From NCBI GenBank assembly GCA_965153285.1, contig OZ229115.1: a stretch of 64,000 bases of DNA. One strand, 5' to 3'. A program made the translations under genes and the position numbers. The DNA is from Podarcis tiliguerta (taxonomy: Eukaryota). Below the pieces are notes generated by a model. That model did not search any database. It was not told the origin of the DNA and saw only the letters and a program-made list of their open reading frames with translations. This document shows positions 1-12,220 of this stretch, piece by piece; position 1 is the first letter of the stretch, and every line of letters starts with the position of its first letter.

Positions 1-230
1 AGCCCTTGAAATAAGTAAAGCAATCAATAAATCTCTCGATGTGAAATCCAGACAGCCCAGTCTACTGCATGGGGATGTGGCTGGATGTAATGTTTTGAAT
101 CGCTGAGAGCTCTGAGGTCTAAATTCGAGAGGGTAATTACCAAATGAAGCCATTGCTGTAACTCCTTAGTTCTCATGCCTTAAGCATCCATCCAAACCTG
201 TGTGCATGTAGCAACTATATTCCTTCCATT

Positions 231-531
231 CATAGAATAGAATCATAGAGTTGGAAGAGACCACAAGGGCCATCGAGTCCAACCCCCTGCCAAGCAGGAA
301 ACACCATCAGAGCACTCCTGACATATGGTTGTCAAGCCTCTGCTTAAAGACCTCCAAAGAGGGAGACTCCACCACACTCCTTGGCAGCAAATTCCACTGT
401 CAAACAGCTCTTACTGTCAGGAAGTTCTTCCTAATGTTTAGGTGGAATCTTCTTTCTTGTAGTTTGGATCCATTGTTCCGTGTCCGCTTCTCTGGAGCAG
501 CAGAAAACAACCTTTCTCCCTCCTCTATGTG
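231..531 (-). mobile_element. CR1 LINE, 5'-truncated 3' end (young subfamily)
   Basis: Minus strand ends in ATTCTATG-type repeats and encodes the CR1 ORF2 C-terminus (RRFHLNIRKNFLTVRAV); near-identical to 25483-25810. Confidence 0.9.
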
Positions 532-803
532 AGGAGTTTTATTTTTGCTCCTCTTCCCTCTCCCTCCTCTGTGGCTTTCCGATGCTGAGTTTTATATGCC
601 AAGCTCCTTGGGGCAGGGACCAGTCCTCTTCCATTCTGTATAGTAACATGAATACCATTAAAGATATGTGTGCCTGTGTGTAGGATGGTAGCCTGTAGAA
701 GCTTCTGTCTTACCATCAGTGGTGGGTGCATTTTAACTGGATTTTGAATAAATGTGTAATTGTCACTGTTCTGAATTTTATTGTGTTACTATATTCCTTA
801 GTG

Positions 804-1031
804 CAGGGGTCAGCAACCTGCAGCCCATGGGGGTTGTTTAAATGGCCCGTGAGCTGCCCCCGAACCAAGCTGCCTGCTCGTCGAGTCCCCATGTGCTGTG
901 CTAAACTAGCGCAGAGTGGGGGCTCACTTCTGCGACACTGGAAATCACGTCTGCGCGGATGCCATCTGGCTCACAGAGCGATTTCTGCGGGAGTGAACCA
1001 GCCCAGATGAGGTAAACCTTGCTGACCCCTT
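804..1031. mobile_element. Non-autonomous hAT-type DNA element
   Basis: TIRs caggggtcagcaa / ttgctgacccct; degenerate 8-bp flanks ccttagtg / ccttatgg. Confidence 0.65.
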
Positions 1032-1157
1032 CCTTATGGGTCATGCAAACCACCATTCTGAATAATGCTTTATATCGGGTAGGGGGTCTTAGGGATGGGT
1101 TTACGGAACCGGGGGGGGGGGGTGATGGCCGATAAAGGTTTGGGAACCACTGATTTT

Positions 1158-1474
1158 GGTAAAGGTAAAGGACCCCTAGATGGTTATGTCCAATCGAATT
1201 CAGCTATGGGGTGTGGTGCTCATCTCCGCTTTCAGGCCGAGGGAGCCTGTCTGCAGACAGTTTTCTGGGTCATAGCACACAGAAACACCGTTTACCTTCC
1301 CACCACAGTGGTACCTATTTATCTACTCACACTGGTATGCTTTCGAACTGCTAGGTTGGCAGACGTTGGGACAAAGCAACGGGAGCTCACCCCATCACAC
1401 GGATTAGAACAGCCGACCTTATGATTGGCAAGCTCGAGGCCCAGTGGTTTAGACCACAGTGCCACCCACATCCC
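1158..1474 (-). mobile_element. Sauria SINE (Squam1 type), internally deleted
   Basis: ACCTTT tail repeats at the left end, tRNA-like head GGGATGTGGGTGGCACTGTGG at the right; aligns by eye with three other copies in the window. Confidence 0.88.
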
Positions 1475-2663
1475 CACCATTGATGTAGACAATACTGAGC
1501 TTGAGAGGTCCATGCACTGACTCACTGTAGGTCAGTTTCCTATGTACTGATCAGTTAGAAGCCTCATGCCCCTTGGTGTCCTGTTCCTATGACAGAATCC
1601 TGCACCACAGTGCCAAATTTGCTAGAGATGTCTGAGGAAGCACTTGCCCCACCAACACATCCGACGAAGCTGCTCACCTGCAGCAGGCAGGCACATTTGA
1701 GGGAGGCTAGCTGGCAAGATACAATCTAGCAGCACAGGAAACAGCGCTTTTAAAAACACTCAAGTCGGAGGGTATCTCCGGAGAAATCGTACTCGACAGC
1801 AGGGCCCCATGAATTGTGCATAAAAGGCTTTGTCGCTTGCAACAGGAAAAGCCAACTCCATTAGCAGAATATATCACATCAATCTGGGAGCGTAGGAAGT
1901 TGCCAGTCAACCCTGCCACAGATGAATACAGAGGATTTGGTACTGAAGTCAGATCTCCTCCTCCTGGCTAGGGATAAGCAGACATATACATAACATGACA
2001 TTTTGGGCTACACTGATCCGGTGATATGGCACCAGTACTGAAATGGACTCGAAGGAGGAGCCCTGCATAGATTGCCTGAAAGATCACCTACCTGAAAGAT
2101 TGCCTTCCCTTGCATAGAACTGCAAGGTGCTGTGCCTTACAAAATTTCATGTAGGCTCTACGTAGCCTATGGTTTAAAGGTAAGAATCCTATCCATCACT
2201 TCACCCTCTTTTGCCCAATGACATGCAGCCCCCAGTAAGTTGCCCTGGGCTTAAAAAGGTGCCTCCCCCACCCCTGCACCATGTTGCATATACTGTGAAG
2301 ATTGTGTGTGTGTGTGTTAAGCAATGGAGGAAGTTATGCATTTTGGACCCTTTGGATAACAGCCCAACATTTGCCAACTTTTAAATTGCAACTGAAGCGC
2401 CAGCTGCTGTTCACCTTGTGGAGATGCCCTTGTGGAAATTTATATCCATATCTGGTTTTCACTAGAGGCTCATCATCTTTCAGTCTCTGCAGTTTTGAAA
2501 TAAACACAATCTACAGTAGGAGGTGGGGGTAGGGGGACAGAAGCAGGGCAATTCCAGCCCCTCTCCTGAGAGACCAGTTGCCTCACGCCCTTGCTCAGCT
2601 CTGACCTAGCAGCAACCCTTTCTTCACATTACCTGAACTGTTCCCATCCCAGCTGGTCATGAT

Positions 2664-2913
2664 GAGAACTGTGTGGTGTAGTGGTTAAGAGCGGTAGTCT
2701 CGTAATCTGGGGAACCGGGTTCGCGTCTCCGCTCCTCCACATGCAGCTGCTAGGTGACCTTGGGCCAGTCACACTTCTTTGAAGTCTCTCAGCCCCACTC
2801 ACCTCACAGAGTGTTTGTTGTGGGAGAGGAAGGGAAAGGAGAATGTTAGCCGCTTTGAGACTCCTTAAAGGGAGTGAAGGGCGGGATATCAAATCCAAAC
2901 TCCTCCTCTTCTT
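2664..2913 (+). mobile_element. tRNA-derived SINE, Squam3 type
   Basis: A box TGGTGTAGTGG, B box GGTTCGCGTC, core GGTGACCTTGGGCCAGTCAC, CTT/CTC tail. Confidence 0.85.
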
Positions 2914-3261
2914 TTAAGAAGTGGTGCCTGAGCTTCCTTTTCCTTCCTCCCCATCTCCCACTTTCCTTCTTTCAGACTGGAATCCTGAAGTCAGAGGAAA
3001 ATCTTGCTACTGATTTTTGTAAACTGCTATGGGAGCCTTTTTTTGTTCATAAATGAATGAGAGAATGAACAAAAGACTAACCAATCAGTCCAAGAGCTTT
3101 TGCTGGTGTGGTGATTCTTTGTTTCCTCTGTGAATCATCACATGTGAGCAATGACATTTAACTAAAGCCATTTTATGGCTTTAGGTAGCAACCGAACACT
3201 CAGCCTCAGTGAGGATGGTTCTTATCTCCACAACATCCCTTGAAGTAGGTTAGGCTGAGAG

Positions 3262-3514
3262 AAGAAGAAGAGGAGGAGTTTGGATTTGATATCTCGCTTT
3301 ATCACTACCCGAAGGAGTCTCAAAGCGGCTAACATTCTCCTTTCCCTTCCTCCCCCACAACAAACACTCTGTGAGGTGAGTGGGGCTGATAGACTTCAGA
3401 GAAGTGTGACTAGCCCAAGGTCACCCAGCAGCTGCAAGTGAAGGAGCGGAGACGCGAACCTGGTTTCCCAGATTACGAGTCCACCGCTCTTAACCACTAC
3501 ACCACCCTGGCTCT
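3262..3514 (-). mobile_element. Squam3-type SINE, full length, with TSD TGAGAG
   Basis: Reverse complement of the 2664-2913 element; tgagag at 3256-3261 and 3515-3520. Confidence 0.87.
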
Positions 3515-3971
3515 TGAGAGGTAATGACCGGCTCAAGGTCACGCACAATGAACTTCCTGAGAGAGAATTCGAACCAGGTTCCTCCTTGTTCACCACTCTA
3601 ATCACAACAACATATTTACACTTTCCCAAGTTTTGTTAAGTCTGGACCCTTTAAGTAATTAGTGGGGGAAATGTTCACATATATACACTGGTGCTTTCCC
3701 AGTTGAACAAATGATCTTTACCACGAGTAGGGTTTTAGTCTTGTTTTAAACAAATTTGCTGTTTTTAATTGTTTTTATTATCTCATGTGTAAATCGCCTT
3801 GAGACGCTGGTTTAGAAGATGAGCAATAAACAAATTGTAATTAATAATATGTATGAGGACAACAGAGCTTCTCATCTTTGTTAGTAACAGAACAAATCAA
3901 AATGACTTGAGGTTCATATTGGGCATAAGTCTGTGATCTCACATGTCTAATAGTGGAAAGTACTATACTGT

Positions 3972-4350
3972 AGGTAAAAGGTAAAGGACCCCTGGACGGT
4001 TAAGTCCAGTCAAAGGCGACAATGGGGTTGTGGCACTCATCTTGCTTTCAGGGAGGGAGGGAGCCGGCGTTCGTCCACAGACAACTTTCTGGGTCATGTG
4101 GCCAGCATGATTAAACCACTTCTGGCACAATGGGACACTGTGATGGAAGCCAGAGCGCATGGAAACACTGTTTACCTTTCCGCCACAGCGGTACCCATTT
4201 ATCTACTTGCACTTGTGTGCTTTTGAACTGCTAGGTTGGCAGGAGCTGGGGCAGAGCAACGGGAGCTCACTCCGTCATGGGGATTCGAACCGCCAACCTT
4301 CTGATCGGCAAGCCCAAGAGGCTCAGTGGTTTAGACCACAGCACCACGCC
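3972..4350 (-). mobile_element. Sauria SINE, near full length
   Basis: aggtaaaaggtaaaggacccctg tail, gggtcatgtggccagcatga core, ggggattcgaacc B box. Confidence 0.9.
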
Positions 4351-4705
4351 CTGCAGTACCTCAAACATGAACGTTGGTGATGCTGCACCTGAAGGGAAAT
4401 GGTTACTACAGCATTTTTATTTGCACTGGCATGAACACATCATTTCAGTGAGGGAAAATCCCCCAGAACTGAAATCTAAGCAAAGCCTCTGACCTCAGAG
4501 GCAAAGCTGTTGACAACTGCATGTTTCTAGATATAAAGTTTTGGGGTACAATCATGGTGTCAAATCATGTGAAGCTTGGAAACAGCTTGCATTTCTTCAC
4601 TTTACACGTCTCCAACCATAGCTGGCCTGAAATTCTTTTCCGCAAGCTACCACAGAAAAGAATGGGAAGAGAAAGGCTGCAGCCCTCTCCCTCCAACATC
4701 AGCTA

Positions 4706-4930
4706 CAGTGGTACCTCAGGTTAAGTACTTAATTCGTTCCAGAGGTCCGCTCTTAACCTAAAACTGTTCTTAACCTGAAACACCACTTTAGCTAATGGTC
4801 CCTCCTGCTGCTGCTGTGCCGCCGCTGCACGATTTCTGTTCTCATCCTGAAGCAAAGTTCTTAACTTGAGGTACTATTTCTGAGTTAGCAGAGTCTGTAA
4901 CCTGAAGCGTATGTACCTGAGGCACCACTG
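4706..4930. mobile_element. Tc1/mariner-superfamily (Tigger/pogo-like) MITE
   Basis: TA|CAGTGGTACCTC...GAGGCACCACTG|TA; TA target duplication; second copy at 5561-5797. Confidence 0.85.
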
Positions 4931-5114
4931 TATTACTGTATTTCAATTTTTAAAAATATAATTCCTTCAAATCCTTGTTTCTCCTCAACATATTCCTTAA
5001 AAGCTGCCTTGAGAGGGCTATGGAGGGACAGCACTACCTCTCTCCAGGCAGGCAGGGCTCATCTTATTTCCTTATGAGAATGAGAGATGTGACAGTAGGT
5101 GTTCAAACTGAGAA

Positions 5115-5240
5115 ACACATCAATCACCAGGCTTTTCGGAGTCCACATTCAGGCGACGCCTTTATCAGGACCAACCAAAATAGCACAAAGTAGCAAGCAA
5201 GCACCTCCATTTCCCAGAACTTTTAATCAGGCTGGATGTT
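5115..5240. mobile_element. Probable old Penelope-like element remnant
   Basis: cctttatcaggaccaaccaaaatagcacaaa...gaacttttaatcaggctgg resembles 60425-60525 and Penelope-type terminal repeats as I recall them. Confidence 0.4.
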
Positions 5241-5560
5241 AAGCAAAGCAGGGGTTGGGGTGAAGGGAAGGGGCCGGGGAAATAGCCTGACACTGAAGCC
5301 ACAAAATTTCCATTTAGTCACAGGCCTCATTTGCCTCTACGAGGTAGAAGATTTGACTAGACTGGGTGCTATGTAGGTTTCAGGTTACACCTAAAGCTAT
5401 CTGGGACAAATACACCTAAAATGGTTAATTCACTTTTTTAAAAAAAATATATGAACCAACTAGGATCTGTCTCTTTGTTGTTGTCTAGTCGTTTAGTTGT
5501 GTCCAACTCACATAGGTTCCTCATTAGGTAGAGAAATGTAACATGGCAGGTTTTTTTATA

Positions 5561-5797
5561 CAATGGTACCTTGGGTTAAGTACTTAATTTGTTCTGGAGG
5601 TCCGTACTTAACCTGAAACTGTTCTTAACCTGAAGCACCACTTTAGCTAATGGGGCCTCCTGCTGCCGCCACTGGAGCACGATTTCTGTTCTCATCCTGA
5701 AGCAAAGTTCTTAACCCAAGGTACTATTTCTGGGTTAGTGGAGTCTGTAACCTGAAGCGTTTGTAACCTGAAGCGCCTGTAGCCCAAAGTTCCACTG
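5561..5797. mobile_element. Tigger/pogo-like MITE, same family as 4706-4930
   Basis: TA|CAATGGTACCTT...AAGTTCCACTG|TA; internal sequence aligns with 4706-4930. Confidence 0.85.
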
Positions 5798-8700
5798 TAT
5801 TAGCAAAACTGAAGATTAATTTTAGATACCATTTTAAAGCCAAGAACCCAGCTTGGGACCTTCCTTGTGTGCATATGCCTGTCTTGATGTGCAGCAGTGT
5901 GCAGAAACTAGCTGACTCTACAAAGGTACAAATTCACATTTGTTGTTCCACCCACTTTGCTTCTGGCTCTGCCCAGCATTGGCATGCAGTCCCTAGAAGA
6001 TTGCTTAGCAAAGACCATGGCCCTTTGAAAAGTGCTAGGGGACAGACAGTTAATTCTTCACCCACATCCACCGCTATAGCCAAGTCCTGCAAGAACTCTG
6101 AAACACAGGCTCCATGTGCAAGTAACTGTTGCCATGTACAGACCAACCCAGTGTGTCCACATAATGGATCCTCCCTGGCATTGATGAATCACATAGAACT
6201 GGTCTCTGCAGTGTGTTGCTCCTAAAGCGCATTGCCCCTGTTGCAGTGCTGCTGCGGTGTGAAGAACATAAAAGCTCTGCTGGGTCAGTCCAGTCTTCTG
6301 CTCCCAGTGGCTGAGCAGGTGCCCCATAGGGAGCCCCAAAGGAGGATGGGAGCATGGCTGTCCTCTCCCACTCTTGTTCCCGAGCAAGTGGTATTCAGAG
6401 GCATACCACCTCTTGACACTACACCAGTTCTAAGCATTAGCTTTGCTTTTGTTCCCTTTTTATAAAATACAAGAATCAAAAGATACTTATTTTCACAATC
6501 TCCCAGCTTACCCTCTGTGGGTTGGTTCACACATGCGCACATCCTGCAGTCAATCACAGCTGATGCGCCTGCAGTTCATCACTCAATGCTGCAGTCGCCG
6601 AATGAACTCCTTGCCTCCACAATTATCTGCTGTCACTCGACCCAAGTTGTTCAGAGGAAGGCTAGAGCTGGTATTTCTCCCACTATGCAAGTGGTCAGGG
6701 TTTTGTGCAAGCTTGCTCCTTAGGGTTTTCAAAATGAGTCATGTGCAACCAGGAAGTAAGATGTTTAGATAGGCTAGAGAACCAACTTGATGCAGTAGTT
6801 AAAAGAGGGTTGGCACATCTGTAGCATCCCAGATCTTGTTGGGACTACATTCCTATCACCTGTGACCATTGGCCTTGCAGGCTGGAGGGAAAGAGGTTCC
6901 TCATCTCTGGGCTAGAGTGCCAAACGAGGACTGGCCATGGAACTCACTGGAGGACCTTGGGCTAGTCATCTCTCAACTTAACCTCCCTTTCAGGGTTATT
7001 GTGGGGATAAAATGGGGACTGAGGACTATGCATACACAATGCACTCCTCAGTGGAAGGGCAAAAGTAAAATGTATTAGGTACATCAAGCAGCTTAGAACA
7101 TGAACATTGTGGGAGGGACGACACTTCCATTGGTATTAGATGGTGGGAATGGGGAGAATAAAAATGGTTGTGACATCTACATGACTTCTGGCACATTTCT
7201 CTGTTGCTCTAAACGTTTTTATGAAATAACTTCCCTTTCCACCATTTCGTGCCAGAAGTTGTAGAATACAGCTATTGACCAGATGGATTCTAATCACAAG
7301 CATCTCTTTAGGTCCTTCTCCGGAAAGACTCAAAGCCACTCCTACACTCTTTTCACATCCTCACACCCCTTCCTGGAGACACACAGGGAGTCAGATAGCA
7401 ATGGCCTACAATGCCTTTTCTTCTTTTGTATTATTTACAGAGCATTATAAATAGAACGTTTTGTCCTCCCACATAGCTCTGGCATTGTCCAATGAAGTAC
7501 TTCTGGCATATTCTGGTCAGCATATGAGAGGTCAAATATTTAAGCATTTTCTTACATTTATAGAACACCTTTCTTCCATTGTGAAACCCAATACATGCAG
7601 TCCAGGAAGTCTGCCTCCCAGCCAGGCATTGACCAGCCTGACCTGCTCAGCTCCAGCAAGGTGGTAGCACCACGCCACCTATAGACCACACCCTGGGACC
7701 ATATTATCTCCTTGCTACAGGAGAATTTTGGAATGCTTAGCTATTAGACTCCATCAAATTGTTTTATGAATAATCAATTGTGTGCCCACACAAAAATTAT
7801 GAATGTGCAGATACATCATGCCAACTAGAAGCTCCATGAATGTCTGGAGCTCCCATTGTTGGTTACATCAGATGGAATTTCGTGAGCAAATGATCTTCCT
7901 GACAGTGTGAACCCAGCACTGCACTGGTACATAGCCCATTTGTTTTGATAATTTGGAATGTTCTCTGTACAAGTTCAGGCATTTATCTTCTCTAGGTCTT
8001 GAACAGTCATTTTATATCCAGCCAATGTTCTCAGGCATATAGGGAGACCTTTTCAAAGGTGAAGAAACACAGGGAAGCAATGCATGTATGAAAACACTGT
8101 TGATGGAGGAGCCATCTGTATCACCCCCCCCCCCAAATCTTATTGTGTACAGCTGAAGCATCAGCCTTTGCCAACATGGTGCCCTCCAAATATTCTGGAT
8201 TCTCAGCAGGCTGACCAAACAGACACTGGTTGGGAGTTGTGGTCCAAAAGAAACCTGGAGGACAGCACATTGGTGAAAACTGAGCTACAGTGTCTTCAGG
8301 GATATGCTGGATATTCAAATGAATGGCGGTGAAGGCAGTGATTCAGCCCTCTTGCTGTACTTATCATCACAGGAACTCAAGGGTGCAGCAAGGGCAATGG
8401 AAAACCAAGTTCCTTACTCTCCTGTACCTACCATCATCAGGGCATCTGGATAGCTGCGGGTACTGATCTGATCTGATCTTGGCTCCAATTTATTGCTCAA
8501 GGGCAGGGTGAACTTCTGAAAGACTGCCTGAGCAGCAGCTAAATTGCTAGCATGCATACTTGTATTTTTCAAGGCTGCCAGGCCTGCGTACACTTTCTCC
8601 ATGCTCTCTCCCCTACCTTTAGTTGGGCAAGAACCGTAGTTCAATGGTAGAGCACATGATTTGCCTACAGAAAGTCCCACATTCAGTAGCCAGCTAGTCT

Positions 8701-11700
8701 AGGTAGGGATGTGAAAAAGTGGAACCTTGGACCACTGCTGCCAGGTAGCCAATCAAGTGGCCTTCAGACCTTTGGTACATCAAGTTCACTGCCACCTCTA
8801 GTGACTGGCAGTGGTTTGCCTGGGGAATATTCCTAGTCCTGGAGAGGGTGGGGATTGAACAGTAGACTTCCCACATACAAAGCAGATGCTCTATCATGAC
8901 TTAGCAGCCCTTCACCATGGGTGCAGAGTTTGAAGGTATAAGGCTGGTTCCTATGCTCATATGCAATGTAGGGACAGTGAACTCCACGTCTAAGCTGCAT
9001 TTGAGTCCTTGGGGCCAAATCCAACCCTGTTGACTCCGCTGGATGCCAACTAGAAGTAGTCTAGGCAAGGCTAGGTGCATATTATGGAGTTTTTTTGTAT
9101 GCTGTAGAAAGTGATTTTTGTTTTGTGGTCAGCTTTGGACAGGGAAATGTGTATGCATGTCAATACCCACCATTCTAATGGCAAACTTTGTGCCTAACTT
9201 AAACACAATTACGGAAGCACTACAAAGCGCGCACACGCAAAACCAGATGCAGAAATATCAAATGTCAACATGGAATGTTTAGATTCAGGATTTTTGTCAA
9301 ATGTTAAGAGCTTGGGAAACTTTTGTGCACCACCCGAGTGGGCTCAGAAAACATCGCAAGCAATGTCAAAATACAACAAACGTATCTAAAAGACTGTTGA
9401 GCACTCTGACCTTATTTAAATGACTGGATGAGAAGAGATGCATTTCTACACTGCAAAATGATGGGGAAACAACTTCATGGATCTGAAGCTAGAGAAGCTG
9501 CTGGTTCTTAACTATTTATGGAATAGATTCTCCAAGACTGTTGCTATCTCTCATTTGGCAGCATTGTTTCCACCAAGGGCCAATGCATCACTGTATCAAG
9601 AGGCCTTGAAACAGATGGATTTCCTACTTGCCTTAAATGCAGACAAAAGGAGGAGGGAACCCCTGGTGGGAAACACTCTCCCCTGGGATTACAGGCTTGT
9701 TCTGAGCTTCCTGTCAATAACTTCAGGCACAGAATAATCTAACGCATCTGATTAAGATGGGATGCGGTTGGAGTCAGTGGGGGAGAACATGTAAAAATAG
9801 AAAATGTGTTTATAATAGGCAACATTGTTACAACTTCAGAGACATAAGGCTGTTTTCAGGGAACTTACATATTTGCTGCTCTCACCAATTTTACCACTAA
9901 AGTTAAAAGAGGTGGGAAGGGGGATCTCCCAAAGGAGATTTTTGAAGGTATTATTGTGGGAAAGACACAGCTAGGCAGAAACCTTCCTAAATGCTTCTAA
10001 TGCAGTGGTTAGATTCAAGCTAACTGGGAAGAAATTCCCCATTAGAAACAGAGGGATGAGCACAGCACCTTGCCTAAAGCTGCTGGAGTGATGGGGAGCT
10101 GATGCACTCCAACTCCATCCATCCCTGGACATTCACTATCGCTACTGAATTACCCAAATATAAACCATGTCAACTGCTCCGTTCAGTCCAAAGCTCCATG
10201 CCAGCAACTTGAGGTTTCTACTTGCATTGCATAAAGGTGCAATTCCACTTGCTAGCCCATTGGGCAATGTGATGAGTAACCACAGTGATAGAATATATTC
10301 ATCATGCTGTACCAAGTGAAATCTGGCACAGCAGTGGATAAGTGCATGAGCTGTGAAGTCACTGGCTGAGTGGCTTCAGGCAAAGCGCTATAGCCCTGTC
10401 CGGATGCCTCACAATTACAAAATGATTGAAAGAGACTTGCCCACATTTGCTGAGCTCGCCACCTCTGCTGTGCCCCTTCTATGTGTTGGGAGGAGGAAGG
10501 TTTGAGCTATATGCATCTAAATTTCCTATGTGATTTGGAACCCTTGTTGTTTTGTGGGAGAACACCCCAATAAGGCTTAAAATAACTTCTCATCTACAGC
10601 ATGGAAGTATTGACTTACCTTATCCAAATGTTGTAAAGATTACTGCTAAGGAGCATATACTGAACCCTTTATTAAAAGGCATCAAAGCAAACCAGTTCCA
10701 GTGGTTAAGAGGTGGACAGATCTCCTGTCTATAGTTTCTCCTTCAATTGTCCTAGAGAAGGCTACTCTAGGCCTTTTATGAAATTCTGACTAACAAGCAA
10801 AATGATCAAACCGAGCATGCATGCATAAAAACACTTGTATAAAAAATTTATTCTGTTCACAGGGCCAGTATTTTCTTGCTATGTAAATGGAATTTGTAGG
10901 AAGGTGAGGCAGGTATACAGAATACATACGAGTCTCCTTACCTTTACCTGTTTACATTATCTGTGATTCTGAAACATTCATTTCAGTATCTGGTTTGAAT
11001 GTGCAAATTTAAGATAAACCAACCTCAAATGGGGATTTAAAAAGGCCCTAGGGGCTGCTGGCATGCCTGATTCATTTGGAGTGGTAGTGCCAAACAGCAG
11101 CAAGGTCAATGGTCCTAGAATGCAGATTAGCACCTGTAATACAGCAAACTGAGTGCTACCCAGGATTGGACAGCTATGTGTGGTTAGATGTGTATGGCTA
11201 GTGTTTCCAATTATCCATACCTTTGAATATTGGTGGTTTTGAGGCTCCAATTTCTTGTGGTTTCAAGCATACCCAATTCTTGATGCAGGCCATAAGTGCC
11301 AGTTTAAGAAAAGTGAACATGTGTCCTGTCTTTTGTACAAAGGCACAAGATGACATACCAGTCAACTCTGTCAAAGCAGGTTGACTAGCGTTGAGTTCAT
11401 GTTGGAGAATGCCTTTGCTCTCCAAACTCTTGAAAGCAAGACACATGGAAGATGCAGGATTCTGAGGCTCTCCAAGTCAAGAAAGCAAATGGTCTGATCT
11501 CCATAAAAAGTATAGCTATAGTCATCTTAAAGAATACAGCGCTTCCTTCCTAAACAATTGTCCTTGTTTGTTTCTAGAGAAGAGTGCCAAGAACCAGCCA
11601 TGAAAAAATTGTTCTGGCTGTGGATTTGTTCAGGCTGCCCCTAGATAACTTGATATATATGTAGGATCCAACATGCAAGGCACTGTACAAAAATACCCAG

Positions 11701-11928
11701 AGAACTGGCAATCTACTATTTGGCTGCCAATGTCTATGGTGTAGAAGGCCACATAGAATCTTGACTGTGCCTCCGGTCCACAGTTCCTTGGGCATTTCAT
11801 CCTAGAGCGCCTCCACACCCCACATCCTTCCCCAAAGCATCTCCTGACAGCTATTGGCCTGCAGCCAGCCATTCAGCTCTCTGGGTACAAGAACACACAG
11901 ATGCTGGCATTGCGTTAAGTTGTAGGAA

Positions 11929-11934
11929 TTTATT
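11929..11934 (-). terminator. Distal polyadenylation signal AATAAA
   Basis: tttatt on plus; GU-rich downstream element CTGTGTGTTCTTGT on minus at 11887-11900. Confidence 0.8.
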
Positions 11935-12214
11935 TTAAATAACCTACAGTTGATTAAAAGGGGATTCATGATAAAAATAGAAGATACTTGTTGAGGAAAG
12001 ACTGCGGGAAACTTGTTTTTGCACCACACTAAGCTAACAATGCCTCTAAAACTAATGGATTATAGCAAAAAAGGTTTCACATTAAAATTCTGCTTTAATT
12101 TTTTTTAAAGTTTTTGTACACAATTACAAAAGAAAAAAAATAAAAAGACCTAAGATCTTGATTATTTTTCCTTTTTTTTTTTTTTTTTGGACCAAAGCTC
12201 GCTTCCCTCAAAAT

Positions 12215-12220
12215 TTTATT
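12215..12220 (-). terminator. Proximal polyadenylation signal AATAAA
   Basis: tttatt on plus, ~290 nt upstream of the distal signal; followed by a genomic A17 run (12172-12188). Confidence 0.55.

Noticed and set aside
1-11900. PLCG1 first exon or promoter expected downstream by human synteny
   Set aside because: No CpG island or PLCG1-like coding sequence seen; if synteny holds it lies left of the window.
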